Shown: positions 1-8,545 of the stretch, in pieces
How positions within the stretch are numbered: position 1 is the stretch's first letter
Layout: each line of letters starts with the position of its first letter
Source of the DNA: Patescibacteria group bacterium
Lineage (GTDB): Bacteria > Patescibacteriota > Gracilibacteria > UBA1369 > PNNO01
DNA: 34,300 bases
Assembly: GCA_024275695.1 (NCBI GenBank)
Contig: JAJRYP010000065.1
Span: 1 to 34,300 of the forward strand
Direction of reading: 5' to 3'
Notes under the pieces: model-generated
The model's database searches: none
What the model was told of the DNA's origin: nothing
The model's input: the letters and a program-made list of their open reading frames with translations, nothing else
Made by a program: the position numbers and the translations under genes

Positions 1-925
1 CGTCTACGGAAACTGCGCCATTTTTATATCTTTGAACGTAAAGCATTGGATTTATAGTATTTTTTATAGCAATATCCTGATTTAAACCTTCATTAACAGC
101 CTGAGTGAATGACATACCCGCGTTCGAGGCTTCTTTTGATGTGAAAGGCCAGAACGGATGCCATGGCGCCGAATCTTTATCAATTTGAAAATGAAGATGC
201 GGAGTAGTTGAAGTTCCGGTGCTTCCAACATAACCAATAAGGTCTCCTTTACGTACAACCTCTCCTTCATTTACTCTGATTGATTGTAAATGTGCGTAAT
301 TCGAATAATATATAGTTTTAGTATTTGAATTATTGTATGAAGGGAAATTTTTATGTTCGATTACAATGTGATTTCCGAATCCGGAACTCTGAGTTGAAGC
401 TTTTGTAACAATGCCGTTTCCGATTGCGTATACCGGAGTTCCCGACGGAACTTTGATATCAATCGCAAGATGACTTCCGGTATACTCTCTTCCATCCAAT
501 GCATAATTCCCCATGTATGGTACGGAATAAGTTATTTTTGCGTTTCTTACAGCATCATCCCGGGGATTACCCCACTGCAGGGAATCTGTTGAAAGTTTTA
601 ATTTGTTTGGATCATAAACGGGAATATTTTGCATTTTACTTGAAGGCATTGCTGAATATGAATTATTCCACTGGGCACTTGTTAAAGCCACCCAGTTTGG
701 AGCTTTTTGTATTGGTAATACAGTCCCGTCAAAAGCGGGTGCTTGCTTTGTAGGAATAATACTCGCTTGAAAAGTGGTAATATTCTGTTCCACTAAATAA
801 ACCGAAGCTGTTAAAAAAGCAAATAAAGAAAGCCAGGCAAAAAAACGTTTTATTATAATTTCTTTATGATGCCGATGTTTTTTATACTTAAAATTGTGAT
901 GTTTTTTTTGTTTTTGTTGTGCCAT
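1..925 (-). CDS. M23/LytM-family metallopeptidase with N-terminal membrane anchor (C-terminus cut by window edge)
   Basis: Absent from the supplied track because it runs off the window edge. The reverse-strand ATG at 925-923 opens a frame reading MAQQKQKKHHNFKYKKHRHH... through to position 1. It has a hydrophobic anchor (FFAWLSLFAFLTASVYLV) and the M23 zinc motifs GSHLAIDI (HxxxD) and TPHLHFQI (HxH). The listed ORFs 82..270(-) and 499..753(+) are off-frame artefacts inside it. Confidence 0.85.
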   Translation of the reverse strand, partial: MAQQKQKKHHNFKYKKHRHHKEIIIKRFFAWLSLFAFLTASVYLVEQNITTFQASIIPTKQAPAFDGTVLPIQKAPNWVALTSAQWNNSYSAMPSSKMQNIPVYDPNKLKLSTDSLQWGNPRDDAVRNAKITYSVPYMGNYALDGREYTGSHLAIDIKVPSGTPVYAIGNGIVTKASTQSSGFGNHIVIEHKNFPSYNNSNTKTIYYSNYAHLQSIRVNEGEVVRKGDLIGYVGSTGTSTTPHLHFQIDKDSAPWHPFWPFTSKEASNAGMSFTQAVNEGLNQDIAIKNTINPMLYVQRYKNGAVSVD

Positions 926-999
926 GACCGGTTGTATGTTAGTTTTTGTTTTGATTTTGTTATTATGCTCTATTATACCAAATTTTGACCTTTTAATCA

Positions 1000-1497
1000 A
1001 TGAATGAATACGGCCAAAAAATATCTTTGTCAGAGGATGAAACTAAAAAAATCGCAGCAAAAATTGCAGATAATTTTAATAAAAACAAGATTCTGCCAAT
1101 CTGTTTAAAAGGAAATCTTGGAAGTGGGAAAACCGTTTTTGTAAAGGGGTTTGCGGAATGTCTTGGTGTGAACGTTTCTAATGTAAAGAGTCCGACTTAC
1201 ACATATTTGCGTAAATATGAAACCTCAAACGGAAATATTTATCATTTTGATTATTATCGTCTTGAAGAAGCTGACAATTTGGTGCTAGAGGAGTTAGATG
1301 AGATCATCCACCATCCAAATTCTTACGTTTTAATTGAATGGCCTGAAAAAATCGAACACATTTTGCCAAAGCCATATATGGAAATACGTTTTGAAGCGGG
1401 AGAGTATCCAAATAAAAGAATACTTACAATAAATCGCTATGGATACAACGGAAATTCAAAAATTGTATCAACTTTATCGTACACCCGATCATATTAA
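1000..1497 (+). CDS. tsaE: tRNA t6A37 threonylcarbamoyl-transfer ATPase TsaE (YjeE)
   Basis: 165 aa. P-loop GNLGSGKTVFVKG, followed by the SPTYTY and HFDYYRL motifs typical of TsaE. Confidence 0.85.
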   Translation: MNEYGQKISLSEDETKKIAAKIADNFNKNKILPICLKGNLGSGKTVFVKGFAECLGVNVSNVKSPTYTYLRKYETSNGNIYHFDYYRLEEADNLVLEELDEIIHHPNSYVLIEWPEKIEHILPKPYMEIRFEAGEYPNKRILTINRYGYNGNSKIVSTLSYTRSY

Positions 1498-2032
1498 AAA
1501 GCATTGCGAAAAAGTAGCTTTGGTTGCGGGAGAAATAGCCGAAAGTATTAAGAGAAGCGGAACCTGCGTAGATGTGGATTCCGTGATACATGCCGGCTTA
1601 TTACACGATATGCTTAGGGTGCTTGATATAAACGCAGATCATTATAAGGCGCTTTGCGACAATGCGTCAAAAGAAGATATTGCAGTATGGAATGCTTTAA
1701 AGAAGCAGTTTGTCGGTATGGAGCATCCCTATGCGACTTACAGGTTGCTTATGTCTTGGGGGGAAGAGAAAGTGGCCTCTATTGTAAGAAAACATCAATT
1801 TGAATCGATTCTAAGTCCGGAAGAACTCCCGTTTACTCTGGAAGAGAAAATCATGACATATGCCGATAAAAGGGTTCTACATACAAAAATCGTTTCATTA
1901 AAGGAACGGTTTGAAGATGGCGCGAGGAGATATCATGAAGGCGCTGAAGCACAGAAAATTTATAATAAATATTTTGAATTGGAGAAAGAGCTTTTTGCTT
2001 TATTATCTTTTGTTCCCGAAAGTCTAAATTAA
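1439..2032 (+). CDS. HD-domain phosphohydrolase
   Basis: 197 aa. It has the H...HD signature (HAGLLHDMLR) and a KHCEKVALVAGEIA N-terminus typical of small HD/HDIG hydrolases. Its start overlaps the tsaE tail by 59 nt. Confidence 0.7.
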   Translation: MDTTEIQKLYQLYRTPDHIKKHCEKVALVAGEIAESIKRSGTCVDVDSVIHAGLLHDMLRVLDINADHYKALCDNASKEDIAVWNALKKQFVGMEHPYATYRLLMSWGEEKVASIVRKHQFESILSPEELPFTLEEKIMTYADKRVLHTKIVSLKERFEDGARRYHEGAEAQKIYNKYFELEKELFALLSFVPESLN

Positions 2033-3690
2033 AGCAAAGCGTTTAAAGCTTCTCTTGTCCGAGATCCCACATTTCCGGCTTCCATATCGTTTACCGAGCT
2101 AATTAAACCTTTGTCGAGTTGAAAATTTATAACTGCATCTTTTGTGATGTTCCCATAATAATCGGTTGTGAAACCTCCGTTATAAAATCCTAAATCCTTC
2201 AATGTTTTTTGAAGCAACGCTACTTGTTCTCCACGACTTCCAATGCTTAATTCCGATGTGAAAACAGGGGATTGAACATCTGCTTTTTCTTCCGATTTTA
2301 TTGCGACCTTATTTTTGAATGACGCTGTCTTGGAAGCTATGATTGCTTTGGTATTTGCTCTGTATCCTAAGATATTATTAACCGCCATCCTTGTTCTCGG
2401 TCCGAAAACGCCCGCCCCGGAATCGTTTTGACTTGTTATAATTCCTTTCTTTTGCTGAAATTTCAATACTGCGTGTTTTGTTAAGTCTCCGTAATATCCG
2501 GTAGGTTCAATCGCAAATAAATTGAATTTCTTAAGATCTTCTTGTAAACGTCTTACATCTGTTCCTTTATCGCCCGGTTTAAGGTCATTTGTAAACGCAT
2601 CAAATTCCGCTTGAACGATTGAAGCTTCTTGCACTTGTGCAATAGCGGTGTCATCAAGTTCGGACAATTTTTGAGAAAGCACGGAGAATGTTTTTGGCCC
2701 GAAATATCCGGCACCTAAATCGTCTTCATAATCTACTATTTCGTGCTCTTTCTGAAATTCAAAAACAGCGTTAATTGTATCTTCGTCATATATACCTGTT
2801 ATTTCAACGTCAAATCCAAGTTTTTGCAGCGCTTTTTGGAGTTTTTTAACTTCATCTCCGCTATCATCTTTACCTAAATTCTTTTTGGGAACAAGTTCTT
2901 TCTTGCGGTTTGTTATGACAGCTTCAAGCTTCGATCTTGTTTGAGGCCCTAGATAACCGGCTCCAAAATCTTCTTGTCTATCAACAATTCGTTCATCAAT
3001 TTGGAATTGCATAACAGCTTTATATACTTCATCACCGTAATATCCGTCTATCTTGCCTTTATAGTAATCTAAATCAGTCAAATATTCCTGAAGCTCTTTC
3101 ACCTTATCTCCCGAAGTCCCGTACCATAAATCTTTTTTAAATATTTTTTGTTGAACTACTATATTTCTAATAAATCTTTCAGCTTCGCTAAACCCTTCCA
3201 GATATACATTTTCTTCAATATTCGGATCGCGTCCGTAAACGGTTGCAGTGACGGTTCTTTTCCCCCAGTTAAGAGCCCTTGTAAGTCCGGCGTCACCATA
3301 ACCCATCCATACATCAAGACGGTCATGTGAATTCCCTCGCTCTCCGGCATGTACAATTGCGCCGCCACGATCATGAACCGCAACGGTTCCAATTCCGGGA
3401 ATCTTCATTTTCGTCCCAAACGCGTATGTGGATGGCGCGGCAATCATTCCGGGATAAACGGGAGTACCGTCGGCGCTGTTTACACCGCTTCCGTTTAATC
3501 TAATATCTCCTTCGTAACTTCCCGTTACATATCTCTCCTGTCCGGCCAGCGGAGAGTAATAGGCGGAAATAATAAATGTTTTTTGGTATGCGGCGTGTGC
3601 GATTTGATGCAATGCAAAGAATGCAAGTATTGTCCCAATGATTAAAATCATTGGTTTTGCATGAAAATGATATAAGCTTTTTGTATTCAT
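2029..3690 (-). CDS. Secreted or anchored cell-wall protein: N-terminal 3D (RlpA/MltA-like) domain plus four PG_binding_1 repeats
   Basis: 553 aa. Signal/anchor segment MILIIGTILAFFALHQIAHA. The 3D-domain pattern is present (SADGTP...VHDRGGAI...RLDVWMG). A repeat of the form G-D/S-x-V-x-x-LQ-x-x-L...YYG..T..AV..FQ occurs four times. Confidence 0.8.
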   Translation of the reverse strand: MNTKSLYHFHAKPMILIIGTILAFFALHQIAHAAYQKTFIISAYYSPLAGQERYVTGSYEGDIRLNGSGVNSADGTPVYPGMIAAPSTYAFGTKMKIPGIGTVAVHDRGGAIVHAGERGNSHDRLDVWMGYGDAGLTRALNWGKRTVTATVYGRDPNIEENVYLEGFSEAERFIRNIVVQQKIFKKDLWYGTSGDKVKELQEYLTDLDYYKGKIDGYYGDEVYKAVMQFQIDERIVDRQEDFGAGYLGPQTRSKLEAVITNRKKELVPKKNLGKDDSGDEVKKLQKALQKLGFDVEITGIYDEDTINAVFEFQKEHEIVDYEDDLGAGYFGPKTFSVLSQKLSELDDTAIAQVQEASIVQAEFDAFTNDLKPGDKGTDVRRLQEDLKKFNLFAIEPTGYYGDLTKHAVLKFQQKKGIITSQNDSGAGVFGPRTRMAVNNILGYRANTKAIIASKTASFKNKVAIKSEEKADVQSPVFTSELSIGSRGEQVALLQKTLKDLGFYNGGFTTDYYGNITKDAVINFQLDKGLISSVNDMEAGNVGSRTREALNALL

Positions 3691-3893
3691 TTTGTAGGTT
3701 TATTTTTATATTATTTTCAGTTTTTTATCTTAATATTATGCCATAAATGGCAAATTTTTTCATTCATGATAAGTAGACGCAAAAAGAGTCTTATTGTATA
3801 ATAAGTTTTGCTAAAAAAGGATCTCACTCCGCTTGCTTATATTTATTGCGCACTTCGCGTTGCTGCGTGCGTGATAAACGAAACTCGGCAATT

Positions 3894-5744
3894 TTACATA
3901 ATCGCTCCGATTCTTCGAAGAATTTCTCTGTCAACAAATGACTTTTCACGTCCGTATGTGAGCCTGGAAAGCTGTTTAATGGCGCTGCCGACATCCGGAT
4001 CGCCGGTTTCCAGATATGGATTAATTGGAGTTATACTGAAAGGTTTTGATGGTTGTGTATCAATGGAAAGTTTTATTACCGCTTTAAACTTATCGAGATT
4101 GATCAAATCCTGATCCGAAAAAACGGGCGCCATTTCCTTTGCCATATATTCGGCATCTTGTGCGCCTATCTTATATGACATCATTGTCCCAACGTTGCCA
4201 AATACGGCATCCTTAACTTTAGATTTACCGTCTTCTCCTTCAAGCTGTTTTATATATTGATGCGCAATAATAAGTCCGAGTCTATATTTTCTCGCTTCGG
4301 AGAGTATACTCTCGATACTTTCGGTAATATAGTTTTGAAATTCATCTATGTATAAGAAGAAATCTTCACGTTTTTCTTTTGATTGAGATTGTCTTCGCAG
4401 GGCCGCCATTTGAATTTTTTGTACAATAATAAGACCTAAAAGTTTTGAATTGATATCTCCGGTCGTTCCTTTTGAAAGATTCATAAGAAGAATCTTTTTT
4501 TCATTCATCGCTTTTGCAAAATCAAAGCTTGATTTACTTTGTCCGATAATATTTCGCATCATTGTATTTGTGACAAACTGACCAAACTTGGAAGCAAAAT
4601 ACGGTATCATTTCCTGTTTTTCTCTTGCTCCGGTTTTGGCCATCTGATGCTCCCAGAATGATTTTACAATCGGATTTTTTACCTTCTCGACTTTAAGTTT
4701 TTGGTAAGCGTCATCAGTAAAAAGTCGTACAATATCGGTTAATGCGCCTCCTTCGGGATCTTCAATTAATGTTAAACAACCATTACGAAAATAGTCCTGA
4801 ATTCGCGGCCCAAACACTTCTTCGTTAAACAGTTTAATCATGATATTCATGGCATCTAAAGCTACAAGTTCGCGTTCTTCGTCCGTTTCGGCTTCGAGTA
4901 GATTAATTCCGATGGGACGTTCAAGGTCGGCTGGATTGAAGTAAATGACGGCGTCCGCGCGTTCACGGGGGATAAAAGGGATAATATCTTCGATAAGCTG
5001 TCCGTGAGGATCAACAATACAAAGTCCTTTGCCGTTTTTAAGATCCTGACGAATCATTACTTGCATAACCGAACTTTTACCTGTACCCGTTTGTCCGATG
5101 ACGTAGAAATGTCTGAATCTGTCTTCATTTTTAATGCGCACCTCTTTTGATTCTCCGCGATAATAATTATGTCCGATTAGAATGCCTTCGGTAGGTAAAT
5201 TTGATGGCGGAGGGGCGATTTTAAACCTTTGCCATGCGATATGTGGCGATCTGTTGTATTTGGTGTTCGGAATGTGAAAAATGCTGGCCAGCTCTTCGCA
5301 GCTAAAAACCGATTTTTTTTGCCTAATCGAGCATGTAAGCGACCTTTTGAAACTTCTAAATATAAAATCTCTAATAAGTTTACGCTCGGAATGCCACTTT
5401 GTATAAGTAAAACTATTTCCGTTTGTGCTTGTATATTGTGAAAATGCGCTGCGAATATTGGTTAAATGTGTTTTAACTTCATGTGTTGTTTTTGAAGATG
5501 CAACTATTCTTATAATAGACTCATATCCCGGTTGCGAATTTTTTTCTTCTATAGCCTTAACTTCTTCTTCCGTTGCCGGAGTGGTTCTGCCGGAATCTTG
5601 CATCTTATCTTCAGTCATCTTATCTCCGCGTACCATTAACTCAAAAAGGGCGCTAAACCAGGAAACGGGATTAAACGGGGAACGTCCCGACTTATTTTTC
5701 TTATTAAATGTTTCTTCCGCCATCATGCGTCCTTTTTTTGCCAT
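3894..5744 (-). CDS. TraD/VirD4/HerA-like P-loop ATPase, C-terminal part of a split paralog of the gene at 27591..30128
   Basis: 616 aa. Walker A VIGQTGTGKSS, Walker B FFLYIDEFQNY, and an AHQYIKQLE sensor-like motif. It aligns end to end with residues ~230-845 of the 845-aa protein (for example CIVDPHGQLIEDIIPFIP against CVIDPHGDLIEDILTYIP). Confidence 0.8.
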   Translation of the reverse strand: MAKKGRMMAEETFNKKNKSGRSPFNPVSWFSALFELMVRGDKMTEDKMQDSGRTTPATEEEVKAIEEKNSQPGYESIIRIVASSKTTHEVKTHLTNIRSAFSQYTSTNGNSFTYTKWHSERKLIRDFIFRSFKRSLTCSIRQKKSVFSCEELASIFHIPNTKYNRSPHIAWQRFKIAPPPSNLPTEGILIGHNYYRGESKEVRIKNEDRFRHFYVIGQTGTGKSSVMQVMIRQDLKNGKGLCIVDPHGQLIEDIIPFIPRERADAVIYFNPADLERPIGINLLEAETDEERELVALDAMNIMIKLFNEEVFGPRIQDYFRNGCLTLIEDPEGGALTDIVRLFTDDAYQKLKVEKVKNPIVKSFWEHQMAKTGAREKQEMIPYFASKFGQFVTNTMMRNIIGQSKSSFDFAKAMNEKKILLMNLSKGTTGDINSKLLGLIIVQKIQMAALRRQSQSKEKREDFFLYIDEFQNYITESIESILSEARKYRLGLIIAHQYIKQLEGEDGKSKVKDAVFGNVGTMMSYKIGAQDAEYMAKEMAPVFSDQDLINLDKFKAVIKLSIDTQPSKPFSITPINPYLETGDPDVGSAIKQLSRLTYGREKSFVDREILRRIGAIM

Positions 5745-5785
5745 CCGTCTTTTTTTGGTCTTATCATTATCTGAATTGCGGCACC

Positions 5786-6358
5786 TTAATCCGGCTTAAA
5801 TTTAGATAAAACATTTACAATTGCGTTTAAAGGGTCGGAATTGAGTCTTTGATAAGTTTTAAACGGAATCATTGAATTTTTTGTAAGACGCATGTAATTT
5901 CCGGCTGCTTTATAGCCCGGTTGAAAAATATTATAATCTTCAATTTTTTCAATAAAACTATCCGGATAAAAACTTGTAAGTTGTTTCTCAATAAGACTTT
6001 CAAGATGTCTTGGACATACAATGAAGAAATTAATTTCACTGCCTAGAACAACGTATTCCAATGAAAGAAAATCCTGTCCGCCAAACTTATCTTTCATACT
6101 GCTTCCGTAAATACTATGAAGGGACTGGAAGAAGTGCGTCATAACGCCTGTAATTTCTTTAAAATCTTTCCCGGTTGAAAATGCTTCACTCTCTCGTTCA
6201 CGATCTTCTTTAGATTCTTTTTGCGGAACTAAAATTTTCAAAAAAACCATATCAAGAGAGCGTTGAAAATTTTTGTAATGGCGATATGAAAGAAATGCTG
6301 CAATTAAAATTGCCGCAATCGTAACCACGCCCAATATTATTATCCAAAAAACATCCAT
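5786..6358 (-). CDS. Membrane-anchored N-terminal domain fragment of the split ATPase paralog
   Basis: 190 aa. One N-terminal TM helix (VFWIIILGVVTIAAILIAAFL). It is homologous to residues ~40-190 of the 845-aa protein (IEKQLTSFYPD/IEKQITSYYPD, IPFKTY/YPIKTY, SDPLN/NDPLN, NVLSKF/NVLSKL). Confidence 0.7.
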   Translation of the reverse strand: MDVFWIIILGVVTIAAILIAAFLSYRHYKNFQRSLDMVFLKILVPQKESKEDRERESEAFSTGKDFKEITGVMTHFFQSLHSIYGSSMKDKFGGQDFLSLEYVVLGSEINFFIVCPRHLESLIEKQLTSFYPDSFIEKIEDYNIFQPGYKAAGNYMRLTKNSMIPFKTYQRLNSDPLNAIVNVLSKFKPD

Positions 6359-6420
6359 ATAAATATTTATTTCTTTATATATTATAAAGGAAAATCGGAG
6401 TTTTTGAAAGTACCTCTTTG

Positions 6421-8193
6421 TTAAGCTTTCTTGGGTTTCCTTACTTCCACATGCATTTCGGCCACTTGATCAAGCGGTAATTCGGAAGGAGCGTCTAACA
6501 TTAGATCGCGAGCTTTTTGATCTTTTGGAAATGCCATTACTTCTCGGATATTAGGTTCTTTTTCAAACAGCATCACGATCCTGTCCATTCCAAGTGCGAT
6601 TCCACCATGCGGAGGAGCTCCATATTCAAAGGCTCGAAGCAGATGGCCAAAACGTTTATCTGCGTCCTCGGGAGAAATTTTTAAAATATCAAAGATTTTG
6701 GATTGAAGCTGTGGTTCATGAATTCTAATACTGCCGCCGCCAAGTTCTACTCCGTTTAATACCAAATCATATGCGTAAGCTCGAACTTTTTCAGGATTTT
6801 TATCCAATAATTCAAGATCTTCTTCGAGAGGATGCGTGAAAGGATGATGTTCCGCTGAAATTTGTTGTTCTTCGGCATTCCAGTGAAACATTGGAAAATT
6901 TGTAATCCATAAATAACAAAGTTTATCTTCATCGATTAAATCAAGTTTTTTCCCGCAAGCAAGTCTAACCTGTCCTAACGATTCACATGCTACCTGAAAT
7001 TTGTCAGCTGCAAAAAATACAATGTCGCCATCTTGCGCATTTGTATGTTCACGAATTTTTGTAAGCTCATCTTCTTTAAGAAATTTAGTAATACCTCCGT
7101 CGGGGCCGCTATTTGTATATTTGATATATGCCAAGCCTTTGGCTCTGTAAGTTTTTGCAATTTCTTCAAGTTCATCAATTTCTTTGCGAGTAAACCGCGC
7201 GCCTCCGTTAACTTTTAGGGCTTTCACTTTTCCACCTTGTTGAATTGTGCCGCTAAAAACTTTAAATTCGCAATTGGTAACGACATTACTTATATCAACA
7301 AGCGGCATCTCGAACCGTAAATCCGGCTTATCACTACCGTAATTATTCATAGCGTCATACCAGGAAAGCTTTTTAAAAGGTTCAAACTGAATTTTTCTTT
7401 CAGGATAAAGCTCTTTTGAAAGAGCAATCATCAAGTCTTCAATAACTTGCATCACATCATCTTCATGAACAAAGGACATTTCTATATCAAGTTGCGTAAA
7501 TTCCGGCTGTCTATCCCCGCGTTGATCCTCATCTCGAAAACATCGCGCCATTTGATAATATTTATCAAAAGACGAAATCATTAGGAGTTGTTTGAGCTGC
7601 TGTGGCGATTGTGGAAGAACATAAAAATGACCCGGAAACAAACGTGAAGGGACAAGGTATTCACGGCTTCCTTCAGGCGTTCCTTTTATCATCATAGGGG
7701 TTTCTATATCCAAAAAACCGGATTTGTTCAAATATTCTCTTATAAAATTAAATATTTTATGCCTGTTAACTATATTTTTATGCAAACGTTCACGTCTAAG
7801 GTCGATATAGCGGTATTTTAAACGAATATCTTCGCCGACTTCTTTATCTTGATCAACTTCAAACGGAGGAGTTTTAGCTGTATTTAAAATAACCGCTTTT
7901 GTAACCAAAACTTCTATTTCACCTGTTTCCAAATTTGGATTTGTTTGTCCTTCAGGTCTTTTTCGAACAGCTCCTTCAATTTCTATTACGTATTCAGATC
8001 GACAATCATCGCCAATTTGGAAAGTATCCTTATACTTTGGATCAAAAACAATTTATGTAAGACCATATCCGTCTCTAAGATCGATAAAAATAAGTCCTCC
8101 GTGATCGCGTCTGCGATGTACCCATCCGGCAAGTTTTATTTTTTCCCCTTCGTCGGAAGCTCTGAGTTCATTACAAGTATGCGTTCTATACAT
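6421..8193 (-). CDS. aspS: Aspartate--tRNA ligase interrupted by a single in-frame TAA (codon 47, minus-strand 8055..8053)
   Basis: The track ORF 6421..7932 (503 aa) is the class II catalytic core. Reading the same frame upstream from the ATG at 8193 gives [57 protein letters not shown]...NLETGEIEV. This is the canonical AspRS OB-fold N-terminus, with the stop at the conserved Gln of the G-x-x-Q-V/I-V-F motif. Confidence 0.9.
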
Positions 8194-8278
8194 ATTAATA
8201 GTTATAATTAATAATTAACAGTAACATATTCTACTGATACTCGTTTATCTTCGCAACAAAACTCTTAACGATTAGTAC

Positions 8279-8307
8279 TTGACAAATTTGTCAAAACAGT
8301 TAATAAT
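8279..8307 (+). promoter_or_regulatory. Near-consensus sigma-70-type promoter whose -35 lies inside a perfect 16-bp palindrome
   Basis: TTGACA (8279-8284), a 17-nt spacer, then AATAAT (8302-8307). TTGACAAATTTGTCAA (8279-8294) is its own reverse complement. Confidence 0.4.
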
Positions 8308-8341
8308 GCGATTTGAATTTTAAAATTTAACATACCCCGAT

Positions 8342-8545
8342 ATGCAAAGAATGGAAGAAGATAAGCCCAAATGGTCGGATTTGCCTGAACCTGAACTTGA
8401 ATATCACGAACCTACATCCGGCACGCCGCAGTCGCCTCAACTACCTCCGTTCATGCCGCCAAATTTGAATGAGGATAAAGGATCAACACCGCAAGAAGAA
8501 ATTAACAAATGGATTAAAATATATAGAAGAAAATTGAATAACTAA
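8342..8545 (+). CDS. Hypothetical small Pro-rich acidic protein (67 aa)
   Basis: The ORF lies about 30 nt downstream of the predicted promoter. I saw no recognisable domain and no obvious Shine-Dalgarno. Its stop overlaps the dnaE stop (CTAA at 8542-8545). Confidence 0.3.
   Translation: MQRMEEDKPKWSDLPEPELEYHEPTSGTPQSPQLPPFMPPNLNEDKGSTPQEEINKWIKIYRRKLNN

Noticed and set aside
3691-3893. Inverted repeat TGCCATAAATGGCA and the GC-richer patch (GCGCACTTCGCGTTGCTGCGTGCG) in the spacer between the 3D-domain gene and the split ATPase; considered as an ncRNA or terminator.
   Set aside because: The stems are short (5-6 bp) and have no convincing U-tract. The patch is most simply the promoter/operator region of the 3D-domain gene plus weak termination of the ATPase gene. 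There is not enough structure to call a feature.
5786-5795. Programmed -1 ribosomal frameshift joining the two halves of the split ATPase.
   Set aside because: The only window where both frames are open (GCCGGATTAA on the minus strand) contains no X_XXY_YYZ slippery heptamer or homopolymer. The nearby AAATTTA lies upstream of a stop in the target frame. A simple indel or a true fission is more likely.
8053-8055. Genome-wide reassignment of TAA to Gln as the explanation for the in-frame stop in aspS.
   Set aside because: TAA clearly terminates many well-delimited genes in this window at their expected lengths. Examples are the HD protein, the 3D-domain protein, hemerythrin, the antitoxin and the TPR-like gene. 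No tRNA with a UUA anticodon is present here.
7945-8211. 88-aa plus-strand ORF.
   Set aside because: It is antisense to the recovered aspS N-terminal coding region, which has unmistakable AspRS homology.
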